From Parcubacteria group bacterium (GTDB lineage Bacteria; Patescibacteriota; Minisyncoccia; Moranbacterales; UBA2206), in NCBI GenBank assembly GCA_041659505.1, contig JBAZYF010000001.1:321719-385718 (forward strand): a stretch of 64,000 nucleotides of DNA. Direction: 5' to 3'. A program made the translations under genes and the position numbers. Below the pieces are notes generated by a model, which searched no databases, was not told the DNA's origin, and saw only the letters and a list, made by a program, of their open reading frames with translations. Each line of letters starts with the position of its first letter. The stretch's first letter is position 1. Below, in pieces: positions 17,935 to 29,700 of this stretch.

Positions 17935-18309
17935 CTATTTGATCAATTCAAATCCGCCAATAATCGGTAATTTTTTCATCTCTCCCTTGGCAGAATTAAT
18001 GATGCCCATAATCGCCAAAACTATGATCAAAATTGAGCCCAGTGGCAAAATAATAAACCAACCCAGAAACGGAATAATTGTTCCCACTACATTTACTGCA
18101 ATGGCCGCCAAGAGCAGATTGAGCTGTTGGTTGGCATGAAACTTAGCAAACGGACTGTTTTTGGCATCTGATACTAACGGGATAAAAAACAAAATTGGGA
18201 TTATGTATCCAACGATCGCCATCGCTTTATTTTTCTCCGCATCTTCCTTATTCACTTGTGGAGCGACTGTAGGAGCTTGCCCGCCAGCCTCATTTTTTTG
18301 TTCGTCCAT
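17935..18309 (-). CDS. Small membrane protein (DUF4870/TM2-like)
   Basis: Two or three TM helices after a charged N-terminus. A terminator follows. Confidence 0.5.
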   Translation of the reverse strand: MDEQKNEAGGQAPTVAPQVNKEDAEKNKAMAIVGYIIPILFFIPLVSDAKNSPFAKFHANQQLNLLLAAIAVNVVGTIIPFLGWFIILPLGSILIIVLAIMGIINSAKGEMKKLPIIGGFELIK

Positions 18310-18377
18310 ATTTTTATTATTATATTACTTATGAATTACTTGCCCCTATTCTAGCATAACCCCAAATATCCGCAAGC

Positions 18378-18755
18378 TTAAGCGACGCCAGAAAGCTCCC
18401 GCAAAATTTCTTCTGGAATAGGATTCTTCTGCGGACTCACCCCCGGATACCGCCACGCACTAATAATTTTCAAAGGATTTTTTTCCAAAATTTTACATTT
18501 TGATTTTTGCATTTTACATTTTCTTTGGTACATCACCCAAACCTCATGCTTCCAAACTTCCTTGCCACTCACAATTTTTGGCGAAACTGGCTTCATGACA
18601 GCAATCGTCTTTTCCACAATCCCCTCCTCTTTTCTTTTGGGACTATTGATCACTCCCAAGATTTTTTGCTCGCTAAGGCCATAAAACCGCATCTTGAATT
18701 TCACGTGCTCGGTCCAACAGTAACGGCTGGTGTTTTTGGGGGATTTTGTAATCAT
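18378..18755 (-). CDS. Hypothetical protein (125 aa)
   Basis: ORF only; no recognisable motifs. Confidence 0.3.
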   Translation of the reverse strand: MITKSPKNTSRYCWTEHVKFKMRFYGLSEQKILGVINSPKRKEEGIVEKTIAVMKPVSPKIVSGKEVWKHEVWVMYQRKCKMQKSKCKILEKNPLKIISAWRYPGVSPQKNPIPEEILRELSGVA

Positions 18756-18774
18756 ACTGCTTTATCCGTAAATC

Positions 18775-19590
18775 CTAATCTTCCTGCTCATTAAACAGAT
18801 ACTTCTCCGGTTTCAGATAAAAAAACAAAGCCGTAAGATTGTGACCAAGAAATTTATTGTCTTTATAAAAAATATTATATTTAAACGCTTTTATTTTTTC
18901 CACTAATTTTTTACCATAATGAAAAGGTATTATAACATCTGCCTTACTGAGAAAAATTGAGATTTTTTTAACTTTTAGTTTATTAATATTATTTTCCGGA
19001 GCCAAGCTCTGCCAATATTCTTTTAGTTTTTTCAAAGTAATCTTCTTTCTCTTATAGACTTCCCTTATTTTTTGAGTACTAATCCCCTTCCACATTGACT
19101 CGGCCAAGCAACGCCCAGGGACGATCAGGAAAAGTTCATCAATAGTTGAATTATTATTTGCAATCATGCAAGTATTGATACAACCAATACTAACTCCGAT
19201 GAGTTTTATTTTTTTAAACTTATGTTTTTTCTTAATTTTTTCTATTTCTTCAATAATAGCCTTGCGTATTCTACTAAATTCCTCCAGAGTAATTTCCCAA
19301 TTCGCAGATAAAATTGCCTCAGGAAATTCATACTCAAGGAATGAATATCCTCTCTCGAGTATTTTTTTCCGGAGAAAATAATTAAGATAGAGACGTCCTC
19401 CCCACGGAGGGAGAATGACAAACAATTCTTCTGAATCCTTACTCTGCCAAAATTTCTTTTTTATCAACTTTCGAGCGGGAATTTTTTCGTCAAAAACCTG
19501 CCTACTATGTCTGATATAGAAAAATATTTTATCAAAGATCATATTGTGTATGTGTTTTGGAATTTTTCCGACATTTTTTAAGCCTTGCAA
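18775..19590 (-). CDS. Alpha/beta-hydrolase fold protein
   Basis: Nucleophile-elbow GVSIG motif. Confidence 0.45.
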   Translation of the reverse strand: MQGLKNVGKIPKHIHNMIFDKIFFYIRHSRQVFDEKIPARKLIKKKFWQSKDSEELFVILPPWGGRLYLNYFLRKKILERGYSFLEYEFPEAILSANWEITLEEFSRIRKAIIEEIEKIKKKHKFKKIKLIGVSIGCINTCMIANNNSTIDELFLIVPGRCLAESMWKGISTQKIREVYKRKKITLKKLKEYWQSLAPENNINKLKVKKISIFLSKADVIIPFHYGKKLVEKIKAFKYNIFYKDNKFLGHNLTALFFYLKPEKYLFNEQED

Positions 19591-19594
19591 AAAA

Positions 19595-20500
19595 TCAAAT
19601 ATTCATCCCTCTCAACGCCTTGATTCTTTCTTCGATGGGAGGATGGGTCATAAAAAGCGAGGAAACTTTTTTGCCTTTGAATGGGTTGGCGATAAAAAGA
19701 TGAGCTGTGGCACGGTTAGCGACTTCAAGCGGTTCCGTATCTTGGGAAATTTTTTCCAGAGCACTGGCAAGCCCTTCTGGGTAGCGGGTGAGCAGTGCCC
19801 CATCGGCGTCAGCCAGGAATTCCCTTTTTCGCGAAATTGCCAGTTGCATCAAAACTCCAGCAATCGGAGCTAGGATAGAAAGGACGATCGCCAGAACAAT
19901 AAAGAGTAACCGCAATTGCCCTCCTCCCTCGCTATCAGATCCTCTACGAAAAAACGCCCAGTGACGGAACCAATCGGCCAAAAGTGTCACGAAACCGACC
20001 ATAACTACGACGACTGTGGAAAGCAAGATATCGCGATTACCAATATGCGAAAGCTCATGAGCAATCACCGCCTCCAGTTCTGTTTTTTCTAAGCGAGCGA
20101 TAATTCCCGTTGTGAGGCAAATCACTCCATGCTCCGGATCTCGTCCAGTCGCAAAAGCGTTCATCGCCGAGTCTTGGATGACATAGATTTTAGGCACAGG
20201 AAGCCCCGCCGTAATGCAAAGATTTTCCACGAGATGATAAATCTCGCGATTGCTATCATGATCGATTTCCTTGGCGCTACTCATTGCCAAAACAATTTTA
20301 TCGCTCCACCAATAGGATCCAAAACTCATCACAACAGAAAAGATGACTGCGATGTAGAGAATGTTACTATTCCCCATCGCTCCGGCAAAAACATAACCAA
20401 CACCGATGACAAAGATCAAAAAGCCGGTGATGTAGACCCAGGTGAGACGCGTATTTTTATCTGCTTGATTGTATAATGTTGACATAAAATTCTGAACCAC
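19595..20500 (-). CDS. htpX: Zinc metalloprotease HtpX (M48)
   Basis: HELSHIGNRD zinc-binding motif, N-terminal TM helices and the conserved C-terminal FMTHPPIEERIKAL. Confidence 0.85.
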   Translation of the reverse strand: MVQNFMSTLYNQADKNTRLTWVYITGFLIFVIGVGYVFAGAMGNSNILYIAVIFSVVMSFGSYWWSDKIVLAMSSAKEIDHDSNREIYHLVENLCITAGLPVPKIYVIQDSAMNAFATGRDPEHGVICLTTGIIARLEKTELEAVIAHELSHIGNRDILLSTVVVVMVGFVTLLADWFRHWAFFRRGSDSEGGGQLRLLFIVLAIVLSILAPIAGVLMQLAISRKREFLADADGALLTRYPEGLASALEKISQDTEPLEVANRATAHLFIANPFKGKKVSSLFMTHPPIEERIKALRGMNI

Positions 20501-20607
20501 AGATTATCACATGAGCACACTGATTTCACTTGATTTTTTAATCAGTGCAATCAGGCAGATCAGTGCTAATCAGTGGTTCTGATAATTATAGCTCATTTAT
20601 TTTCTAT

Positions 20608-21687
20608 TTAAAAATGTCCATTTTTCAGACTATTTTTCAGCTCCGGAGAAACAGCACTATTTTCACTGAGCCAAAAAAGTAAATTGTCTTTCTTTTGACC
20701 TTCGGCCAGTGTCGTGCTGCCATCTTTATTCAGACTGAGCGGAGAAAGATAAAAATCTAAATTAGTACCTTTCACAGACACACCAACTGCCAAGCCCTCC
20801 ATCGTTTCAGGCGAAAAATATTGATCAAATACAAAATTACCGAGAGAATAAAAGATAGCTTTGTTTTTGTAAATCTCGATCGGCTGGACAACATGCGGAT
20901 GCGAACCAATGATCAGATCTGCTCCAGCATCGACAAAACTATGCGCCCAATCTTTTTGCTGAGTACTAGTAGTCCGCGCATATTCATTTCCCCAGTGGGC
21001 ATAAAGTACTACGAAATCATTGGCCTTTTTGAGTGCACTTATCTCCGCCGCAACACTCTGCGCGTCTTCTCCGAAAAACTGATTAAAAGCGACAAGGGCG
21101 ACCTTTTTCCCTGCAATTTCTTTTGTAAGCGGTTCGCTTTTGCCTTTAATATCGCCAAAATAGCCAACACCATTTTCTTTCAAAAAACTTTCCGTCTCCA
21201 TTAGTCCCTCTTTCCCAAAATTTAAAATATGATTATTACCAAGAAAAATAGAACTAGCGTGTGTGTGTTTTAGGAAATCTTTTGTCGCATTTTGGTCAAA
21301 AGTAAAACTCATATGCCCTTTCTCACCAGGCACAGTATTTTGCGAGACAGATTTATTTTCCGTCACCGGTCCTTCTAGGTTAAAAACTATTTCATCTGGT
21401 CCCAAAAATAGCCGCGCCATTTTTTCCGTGATAAACCCAACACCTTTTTTATCCGCAACGGTTCTGATTTGACGATCAAGCATCGCGTCTCCGGCGAAAA
21501 GAAAACTAAGCGACTTTTCTTCTTTTTTATCAGCCACAGGCAAAGAAACAGCCTTTTTTGAGGCCGTTTCCATTTTTTGTTCATTAACTATTTCCGTATT
21601 TGATTTGCCTGGTTTAACAAAAGCAAAACCTATCACGACCACAATAACCAGAAAGGCTAAACTGCAAATCAGAATTTTTTGTTTCAT
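20608..21687 (-). CDS. CapA/PgsA-family metallophosphatase (poly-gamma-glutamate synthesis-like)
   Basis: GDAMLDR, FNLEGP, GSHPHVVQ and SLGNFVFDQ blocks, with an N-terminal anchor. Confidence 0.7.
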   Translation of the reverse strand: MKQKILICSLAFLVIVVVIGFAFVKPGKSNTEIVNEQKMETASKKAVSLPVADKKEEKSLSFLFAGDAMLDRQIRTVADKKGVGFITEKMARLFLGPDEIVFNLEGPVTENKSVSQNTVPGEKGHMSFTFDQNATKDFLKHTHASSIFLGNNHILNFGKEGLMETESFLKENGVGYFGDIKGKSEPLTKEIAGKKVALVAFNQFFGEDAQSVAAEISALKKANDFVVLYAHWGNEYARTTSTQQKDWAHSFVDAGADLIIGSHPHVVQPIEIYKNKAIFYSLGNFVFDQYFSPETMEGLAVGVSVKGTNLDFYLSPLSLNKDGSTTLAEGQKKDNLLFWLSENSAVSPELKNSLKNGHF

Positions 21688-21712
21688 GTTTTATGCTACA
21701 TGTTGTATATAG

Positions 21713-22261
21713 TTAGAACTCCACTTTCACATTCTCCTTCTCCGCTCCGGCGGCTTCGAAAAATTCACGTTTGGTAAAATTCAAAGCGCTGGCCAAAATG
21801 TTGGTTGGAAAAACCTCGATTTTTGTATTGAAGTCACGCACATTGCCGTTGTAGAATCTTCGGGACGCCATAATCTTATCTTCTGTGTCAGTCAGCTCTC
21901 GTTGCAATTCCAAAAAGTTTTGGTTTGCTTTCAGTTCGGGATAATTTTCGGAAACAGCAAAAAGTGTTTTCAATGTTCCAGAAAGGGCATTTTCCGCCTC
22001 AGCCTTGTCCTGAGCATTTCCTGCTCCCATCGCTCGAGTTCTCGCTTCGGTCACTTTCTCAAAAACTTCCTTCTCGTGCGCCGCATAACCCTTCACGGTG
22101 CTTATCAAATTCGGAATCAAGTCATAGCGTCTTTTGAGTTGGACATCAATGTCACTCCATGCTTCATCTACACGATTTTTCAGGCGAATGAGACCGTTAT
22201 ACATACCCACTAGCCCCAGAGCCAACACTACGACGACCACGAGCACGATTATTCCCACCAT
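21713..22261 (-). CDS. lemA: LemA-family protein
   Basis: TM helix followed by YNGLIRLKNRVDEAWSDIDVQLKRRYDLIPNLISTVKGYAAHEKE, the LemA signature. Confidence 0.8.
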   Translation of the reverse strand: MVGIIVLVVVVVLALGLVGMYNGLIRLKNRVDEAWSDIDVQLKRRYDLIPNLISTVKGYAAHEKEVFEKVTEARTRAMGAGNAQDKAEAENALSGTLKTLFAVSENYPELKANQNFLELQRELTDTEDKIMASRRFYNGNVRDFNTKIEVFPTNILASALNFTKREFFEAAGAEKENVKVEF

Positions 22262-22421
22262 ATTTTTTAGCGTTAAAAATTACCCCTAGATTATAGCATT
22301 TTTGGAAAAAAATGCAAAAAAAAATAATCTATGCTAAAATTAAATTGTCAAATATGTGTGCACAAAAAAATGTCAGCCCATGGCTGATCCGCCTCGGGCG
22401 GATAATCACTAACAAAAAACT

Positions 22422-22874
22422 ATGCCAAATATTTCCAGCTACTATGTAGTACTACTCCCTATTGCCATCGGATTCACCGTTTGGGTGATCAAGTTTCTGG
22501 TTTTTTATATCCGGCACGATTTCAATTGGAGTCACGCCGTCAAACACGGAACCACCTATGGCCATATGCCCTCCGCCCACACTGGATTTATCACCTCACT
22601 CGTCACTTCTGTCGGATATTATGAAGGGATGGATTCCGGTGCTTTTGCCGTTGCTGTCGCGCTCGCTATCATCGTCGTTGATGACGCCTTGCGCCTAAGG
22701 ATCTATATGGGCGACCAAGGTCGCCGGCTTAACTTCATCATTGAACAGCTAAAGATCAGCAAAAAAGAATTCCCTCGCCTCAAAGAACGGGTCGGACACC
22801 GAAAAAGCGAAGTGATTGTCGGCGCGATTTTGGGAGTTCTCTTAACTTATCTATTGGCTACTTTCTTGAAATAG
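22422..22874 (+). CDS. Divergent PAP2 (DUF212) family membrane protein
   Basis: YGHMPSAHTG and GHRKSEV motifs. Confidence 0.7.
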   Translation: MPNISSYYVVLLPIAIGFTVWVIKFLVFYIRHDFNWSHAVKHGTTYGHMPSAHTGFITSLVTSVGYYEGMDSGAFAVAVALAIIVVDDALRLRIYMGDQGRRLNFIIEQLKISKKEFPRLKERVGHRKSEVIVGAILGVLLTYLLATFLK

Positions 22875-22903
22875 CTTTATTTAAAAATAATCACCAGTCA
22901 ATG

Positions 22904-23105
22904 TGTCATTCCCGCGACCGCGTGCTGCCTTAGCTTTAGCGGTGGAGCAAGGCGGGAATCCAGGTTTCACTAGTTGTAAACTCTAGAAAATTAAGTTGCA
23001 AGTGTAATAAACTTTATATATCAGTCAGTCTTGAATTTTAATAATTCGCTTCTTCTCAACTTTTAGCCTGAGGTGCCTGGATTCCCGCCTTCGCGGGAAT
23101 GACAC
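22904..23105. repeat. Terminal-inverted-repeat element, family C, copy 1 (with a 30-nt insertion in the 5' hairpin)
   Basis: GTGTCATTCCCGCG...GCGGGAATCCAGG at the 5' end is the exact reverse complement of the 3' end CCTGGATTCCCGCCTTCGCGGGAATGACAC. The interior is conserved across the three copies. Confidence 0.65.
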
Positions 23106-23107
23106 GT

Positions 23108-23134
23108 AAAAAAAGAACCGCACGGTTCTTTTTT
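23108..23134. terminator. Bidirectional terminator between the convergent PAP2 and murE genes
   Basis: AAAAAAA-GAACCG-CA-CGGTTC-TTTTTT. Confidence 0.65.
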
Positions 23135-23208
23135 ATATTTGAATTTAAATAAGTGTAATCAGGAAAATCAGTGCGAACCCGCCTGCTCGGCGTGGCGAAA
23201 TCAGTGGT

Positions 23209-24543
23209 TCAGATTTTTTTCAACTCCTCCTCAATCACCCTCCGATCATTCCAAGGAATTTTTTCTTTCCCCACTTGCATTATTTCTTCTGCGCCTTTGC
23301 CGGTGACTAAAATTATATCGCCGGGCTTGGCTAATTTTAGTGCGCTGGAGATGGCCAACCTTCTGTCTAAAATTCTCCAGCAGTTCTGATTCTCTTTCAG
23401 TTTTTTATTTTTCACCACGCCAGAAAATACGGCGTCGATGATTATTTGCGGATCTTCTCCATACGGGTCTTCATTAGTCACAAAGACATAATTCGCGCAA
23501 TTAGACACAATTTCTCCCATTATTGGACGCTTGCCTTTGTCACGATCTCCACAGGAACCAAACACCCAAATTAAGCTCTGCTTGGCTGTTTTTTGCTCGA
23601 TAATTAGCGCGCCTAATTTTTCCAAACTGTCCGGTGTTACCGCATAGTCGATTATAATTTTTACACCGAGAGCATTTTCCACCTCATCCATCCGCCCAAC
23701 GACTTTAGTAATTTTCGCCAGTGCCTTTTTTATTTTCTCCAGATCAATTTTTTGGGAAATTCCGACGCATATCGCTGCCAATGCATTTTCCACATTAAAC
23801 AGTCCTGGCAGATTTATCTTAAACTTATGCCTATCAATCTCAAACTCCGAACCATCAATCCCCAGTTTTATATTTCTGGCTTGGACAGTTTTTATTTTCT
23901 TATCTTTCAGCTCCGCCGTATCATTTTTTGTCGTATAAACATAAACATTTTTCGCCCCACAGTTCAAAAATTCCTCCGGCTGTTCCATATCAAGATTCAC
24001 AATCGCTGTTTTGACGCTCCTGAATAATCGCAATTTCACTCGGCGATATTCTTCCATCGTCGCGTGGTAATCCAAATGCTCGCGCGTCACATTCGTAATC
24101 ACGGCGCTAGCATATTTCACCCCCCAAACCCGGCTCTGATCGAGCGAATGTGATGATGTTTCCAAAACTAAATATTCACACTTGGCTTTTACCGCTTGAG
24201 CGATAAATTTTTGTGTCTCATATGCCGAAACAGTCGTAAACTTTGTCTTATTCACCCATTCCTTTTCTCCCATCTTAAAATTAATCGTCGAAATCATGGC
24301 TACGCGCGCGCCGGATTCTTCCAGAATTTTCGCAATCATCTGACTCGTAGTTGTTTTGCCATTTGTACCAGTGATGCCGATTACTTTAATCTTGCGAGAA
24401 GGAAAGCCATAGCGAATATTCGCCAAGACTGCTTGCGAAAGATGGTAGCTATTTTTGAGGTTTTGGGGAAAAAGCGCTTTGATAGACATAAAATAATTTT
24501 TGCTCATTTGCACTTCTATCTTACCAGCCAATGAGCAATTCAA
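23209..24543 (-). CDS. murE: Mur ligase, probably UDP-MurNAc-tripeptide synthetase MurE
   Basis: GITGTNGKTTT P-loop and Mur-ligase middle/C-terminal blocks. The MurE assignment is tentative. Confidence 0.65.
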   Translation of the reverse strand: MNCSLAGKIEVQMSKNYFMSIKALFPQNLKNSYHLSQAVLANIRYGFPSRKIKVIGITGTNGKTTTSQMIAKILEESGARVAMISTINFKMGEKEWVNKTKFTTVSAYETQKFIAQAVKAKCEYLVLETSSHSLDQSRVWGVKYASAVITNVTREHLDYHATMEEYRRVKLRLFRSVKTAIVNLDMEQPEEFLNCGAKNVYVYTTKNDTAELKDKKIKTVQARNIKLGIDGSEFEIDRHKFKINLPGLFNVENALAAICVGISQKIDLEKIKKALAKITKVVGRMDEVENALGVKIIIDYAVTPDSLEKLGALIIEQKTAKQSLIWVFGSCGDRDKGKRPIMGEIVSNCANYVFVTNEDPYGEDPQIIIDAVFSGVVKNKKLKENQNCWRILDRRLAISSALKLAKPGDIILVTGKGAEEIMQVGKEKIPWNDRRVIEEELKKI

Positions 24544-24658
24544 GCAAGAAAATTATTTAGAACCTGATTAATAGCACGTTACGACAGGGACTAAGTCCCC
24601 AATTGGGGACTTAGTCCCTATAGAACACTTTTTAGTTAAATTAGCATAAGTCATCATG

Positions 24659-25960
24659 CTATTCATAACGCAAAGCATCGAGAGCATGGGTCTTGGAAGC
24701 GCGACGTGCCGGCATGATGCCCGTGGCAAAACCAAGGAACGCCACAAAAGCGACGATGGCAATTACAAAATACATCGGGACAGAGATGAAGTTGACCACA
24801 TCCTCTCCTCTTTGTTTGGCGAAATAATTAAAGATGGCATTGGCGCCTTTTGCTGCGCCATAACCCATTGAAAATCCCAAAATTCCGCCGGAAAAACTAA
24901 TGATAGCCGCTTCGAAGATAAACATTTTGAACACATCGGCTCGTTTGGCGCCGAGGGCTTTCAAGATCCCCACTTCGCGGGTTCGTTGCAGAAGGGAAAC
25001 GCTCAAAGTATTGAGCATGCCCATGGCGGAAATGGACATAATGATCGTGCCAAAAACCACCATCACAATCTTTATTACATTGAAAAAAGAATTGACATCT
25101 GTCACTGTATCGCTGATGCTTTCCGTGGAAAAGCCCATCTGTTCGATGCGAGACCGGATAGAATTAAGATCGGCCTGGATGTTTACTTCAACTTTTCCCG
25201 CCTGTCCACCAGTCAAGCCGAAGTCTTCCTTGAGGTGATCATACATCGTGACGGCATATAATGAGGTATTTTTATTGCTGTCATCATTGATCAATCCGGC
25301 AATCTCAATGTCTTCTTTTTCTTGTTTTTTTGCAATGTCTTTGTTGATAATATCTTCTGAAATGATTACTTCATATTGAACAGTTTTGCCAATGATATCG
25401 GCTGGATTGTCATAGCCCATCAGTTGCGCCAGCTTTGGTGTGACAAAAACTTTTTCTTCCGTATCGCTAAAATTAGTCGACCCTTCTTTGATCCGCACAT
25501 TGGCCATTTCCATATACCCCCGCGTGTAGCCGTAGAGCACTGAATCGATTTTGGTGTCGTTGCTATAGAATTTCACGCCGATATTGACTGCCCTTTCTAC
25601 TCGCGTTACGCCCTCGGTGGCACGAATTTTTTCCATCGTTTCGTCATTAAGCGTGATCAGATTTTCCAAGCTACCATTACTCACCTCAACCACATTAGAA
25701 GGATTATTTTTCGTGATCTCGCGAATGACCATTTCTTGAATTCCAAAACCCAAAGAGATAAGAAAAGTAATGATCCCAATGCCAATGCCCACTCCGCCGA
25801 TCGTCAGAAAAGAGCGAATCTTGTTGGCTGCGATATTGCGCCAGCTGATAAGCGTGATGACGGAAAATTGCATATTCACACCAATATCCTCTCTTTCTTT
25901 TCCAAAGAGTCGATACGCTCGATCGAGCAGGCTATTTTTTATTTTTGAGATTATACTCAT
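24659..25960 (-). CDS. ABC transporter permease, MacB/FtsX-like
   Basis: N-terminal TM, large periplasmic domain and a C-terminal FtsX-type four-TM bundle. Overlaps the upstream ATPase (ATGA). Confidence 0.75.
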   Translation of the reverse strand: MSIISKIKNSLLDRAYRLFGKEREDIGVNMQFSVITLISWRNIAANKIRSFLTIGGVGIGIGIITFLISLGFGIQEMVIREITKNNPSNVVEVSNGSLENLITLNDETMEKIRATEGVTRVERAVNIGVKFYSNDTKIDSVLYGYTRGYMEMANVRIKEGSTNFSDTEEKVFVTPKLAQLMGYDNPADIIGKTVQYEVIISEDIINKDIAKKQEKEDIEIAGLINDDSNKNTSLYAVTMYDHLKEDFGLTGGQAGKVEVNIQADLNSIRSRIEQMGFSTESISDTVTDVNSFFNVIKIVMVVFGTIIMSISAMGMLNTLSVSLLQRTREVGILKALGAKRADVFKMFIFEAAIISFSGGILGFSMGYGAAKGANAIFNYFAKQRGEDVVNFISVPMYFVIAIVAFVAFLGFATGIMPARRASKTHALDALRYE

Positions 25961-26709
25961 TTTGTCATACAGCTTTTGGCCTGTGCTTCAATTGCACAAC
26001 TTTTAGCTTGTGTTTCATTGGAAATAATTTTTCCATCTTCCATGTTGATGATCCTTGTTCCGAAACAATATTGACTTGGATTGTGCGTAACCATCACAAC
26101 CGTGAGACCAAATTGTTTGTTGATATCTTCAATCAGCTTCATTAATTCATCCCCCGCTTTATGATCAAGATTGCCCGTCGGTTCATCAGCAATAATCAAT
26201 TGCGGATCAAGCAAGAGCGAGCGAGCCAGGGCGATACGTTGTTGTTGCCCTCCGGAAAGATCATACGGCCGGTGATTAGCCCACTTGCTCATACCCACGA
26301 GCTCAATCAGTTTGGCCGCTTTTGGGATCGATTCGTGAAAAGAAGCGCCAGCGATAACGGCAGGGATAGTGATATTTTCAATGACTGAAAGCGATTTGAT
26401 CCAAAAAGCTTGCTGAGGAATGAAACCGATATTTTTATTGCGAAAATGGGCGCGCCAGTCTTTGGAATAGCTCCAAATATCTTTGCCATCAATAATAATT
26501 TTGCCTTCCGTCGGCGGTTCCAATCCATAGATCGAATGGAGCAAGGTAGACTTTCCGCAACCAGACGGACCGATGAGCAGACAAAACTCTCCCTTCATTA
26601 TCTCAAAATCCAAACCAAAAAGAATGGGGATAACATTTTCACCAACCCGAAATTCCTTTTTTATATTCTCCACTCTAATTTTTACTTCGCCCATAAATTT
26701 GACATCCAA
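25957..26709 (-). CDS. ABC transporter ATP-binding protein, MacB/LolD-like
   Basis: GPSGCGKST, LSGGQQQRIALARSL and IIADEPTGNLD. Confidence 0.85.
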   Translation of the reverse strand: MDVKFMGEVKIRVENIKKEFRVGENVIPILFGLDFEIMKGEFCLLIGPSGCGKSTLLHSIYGLEPPTEGKIIIDGKDIWSYSKDWRAHFRNKNIGFIPQQAFWIKSLSVIENITIPAVIAGASFHESIPKAAKLIELVGMSKWANHRPYDLSGGQQQRIALARSLLLDPQLIIADEPTGNLDHKAGDELMKLIEDINKQFGLTVVMVTHNPSQYCFGTRIINMEDGKIISNETQAKSCAIEAQAKSCMTK

Positions 26710-29700
26710 CCGAAACGCGACGCAAACGTTCCCGTGATCACTTCAGTCGCGCTCGCTTTAGCTTTCTCTACTACCACGCTGGTAATTTCAGTTTTCGTTA
26801 AGTTACCCACTGCGTCATAACACTCTGCTTCATAACTATATACCTGTCCTGGTTCGGCTGGAATAGTGATGAGGTGATAGGTATTAAGACCATCACTGGA
26901 AACGGTTTGCTCTAAAGTTGAAGTGACTACTCCTTTGGCATATTTAACTTTGACATTCGTTTCCTCATCGGTTTCTATCTTGATGTATACATTGGCTTGT
27001 GAGTTATTGCCTCGTCCCAGCACCTTTCCCAGTGAGCGATTAGTGACAACTTTTGGCGGACGGGAATCAGATTTAGTGGTGATTTTTTGCTCCAGAGGCG
27101 TAATATTGATTCCATTGTCATCGGTGCCAGTGATGGACAGGGTATACTCCTTAGCGGGATCAAGCCCTTCAATTCTTGCTTCATGCTCAGTCACTTTTTC
27201 GGAAGTGAGAAATGTGTGCGGGGAGCTTTCTTCGCTACTTTTGAAATAAACCAAGGTGGTGGTGGGGACGTTTGTCAGATATCTGATAACGATTGTCGGT
27301 AAATCGACATTTTCTTCGTTCTGGACGGTTACATCACTAGCTGTTGGCTGTTTCGGAGTAACAAAGGTGTATTCATCGGAAGAAAATTCATTCAAATCAG
27401 CATCGACGCAAGAAATTTTGAGTGTGTACGTGCTATCAGCGGAAAGATTATTTATCCGTTGCACATGACTTGCTCCGCCCGACTCTTCCTTATTCGTGCC
27501 CGCTCCATAGCTAAGCGTGCAGGCGGCGCTGACATTAGTTTCCCAGGAAACGATCGCTTCATTGAGCACAATGTTAGTAATCAGCACCTCAGAAATTGTC
27601 GGCGGTGGAAGAGTGATAAAATTTAGTATATCAGACATACCGATATTACCGTCCGGATCAATATACTTCACACGATAAAAATATTTTGTTCCGGCCGAAA
27701 GGCCTGTGACATCAACCATGTGATCGGTGAGGGAGTCAACTTGTCCATTGGTCTTGCCAAAACTGGACGATGTGCCATATTCCACAAATGAACTGGCTAC
27801 ACGATTAGTCGCCCAAGTAAAGTTAGCCGCGAACGATTGGACAGTTACTTTTGGCACACCAACCAGAGTTGGCGCTGTAGTATAGCGACCAGTTGGAGTT
27901 AAAGAAACAATACTAGTCGGGATAGAATAATTATTAGTCTTATCTTTTGATTTGACATAATAGTAGTACAATTTACTTTCTAGGTTAGTGTCTACGAAAG
28001 CTGAACCAGTCGTCATCGCAATTTCATCACCAAAATTAATTCCGTCATCTGAGCGAAAAATAGCATAACCGGCAAAATTCCCTTCATCATAAGTTGTCGG
28101 AGCGCTCCATTTGAGCGCTATGCTATATTCCGCAGCTTCACGATCCGATGTGTCAAAAGCCTGAGCATTAAGCGGAGGACCAGGCGCAGTTGTTCTCGCG
28201 TAAAAAAACACATCTGCCGGATGCTCCCAATCCACATCGTCTGGATTAGTCTTTGATCCGCCCTCACTCATCGCTACGATATGGAAAGTATTTTTCCCAA
28301 ATTGCGTAGCAAACGGTCCAGGACCAGCTGATGTAGCCGTTGTTTCTACGGTATTAAAAGGCGTAGGATCATAATTAACGGAATAAAAGTAAGTGATCTT
28401 ACTAGAATCGCCCGCATAAGATTCGGGAATATGCCAAGTGAAAGTAAAATTATTGGTCACATTATCTTCATTGCTCGGGTTGACTTCAAGCCCAATCGGT
28501 TTGGATGCGGCGCCCCCGCTCCAGAAAAAATACTTAGCCCCAGAAACAGTTTCATTACCAGCGACATCTAAAACTTTTAGATAAAATTCATTTTCATTTG
28601 GCTGATAGGGCTCCACTATCTGAGAAAGTGTCCCCAATTCCGTAAGTTCATGCCAAGTATCAGGAGTTTCGTTGCCTAGTCTGTACTGAAATCGATCTAT
28701 TCCCGATTGATCATCTTCCGCATCATCCAACCAAGACCAAGTGAATTTACTAGAGGAAGAATAACTGCTTGGATTGGCAGAAATGTTGGTCGGCAAGGTC
28801 GGCGCTGTTTTATCAAGCTGATAAATAAACCCTGTATAACTTTCCGATGGCAGCCCGACGTTGTCTACGGCTGCTATTTTTAAATAATATTTTTTTCCAC
28901 TATCTGTTGGAAGGAGCGTCGGAGCGGAAAAGGTGTTCCCCTCTTGAAAATCACCGTTTGCAATCGCATCAGGGCACTCTTCTTCCGTACCAAAGCAAAC
29001 ATAATATCCGGAGATTCCCGAGCCACCCGGATTCGGATTATCGCTAGCGCCATTCGCTTCTCCCGCCACCGGCCATTCAAAATAAGGCGTATCATATCCA
29101 TACCAATTTTGGCCGGTTGGATACTCCTCATCAGTAACATTTGTAATGATTACTCGAGGATCTTCCGCGGAAGTTGCTTCCTTGCTATAAGCTGTTACCG
29201 CAGAGGGACTATTTGGTTGCTCGATATCTTGATAGTAATAGATAGAAAAATCATCCACCCGAGGAGAAAAGATCTGATCGGCAGAAGCAAAGCCGATCCG
29301 AACTTGAATATATTGCCTGGGATCAGAGTTTATATTGAACACGTGACGATTGCCATAAACATGCTCATTGGATACTGGCGTCCAAGTTGACCAATCAGCT
29401 TCATCTTCCGGCAAAAGAGAACCGCTCTCGGATGTTCTGGTTTCAAAAGTTAAAAAGTTATTAACTTCATCAGGCAACGTATAATCGATAGAGATATTTC
29501 CCCATCTGTACACTGAATTATGCGTGTCAATAACACCGGAAACATAATTACCAGTCTTCGAAAAACCGACCTGATTGGCGCTTGAACTAACAACGTAGTT
29601 AAAAAGTCCGTCTTGAAAAGAACTGTAAGTATAGGTAGCATTTCCGGAAGTAATCCAGTTTCGATTGGAAACGTTTGTTCCCGATCCTCCGGTAGTGACC

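Noticed and set aside
22904-23105. Possibility that the GTGTCATTCCCGCG...GCGGGAATCC repeats are a CRISPR array
   Set aside because: Only two repeat units per locus, in inverted rather than direct orientation. The ~110-bp interior is conserved between loci, so it is not a set of spacers, and there are no cas genes nearby.
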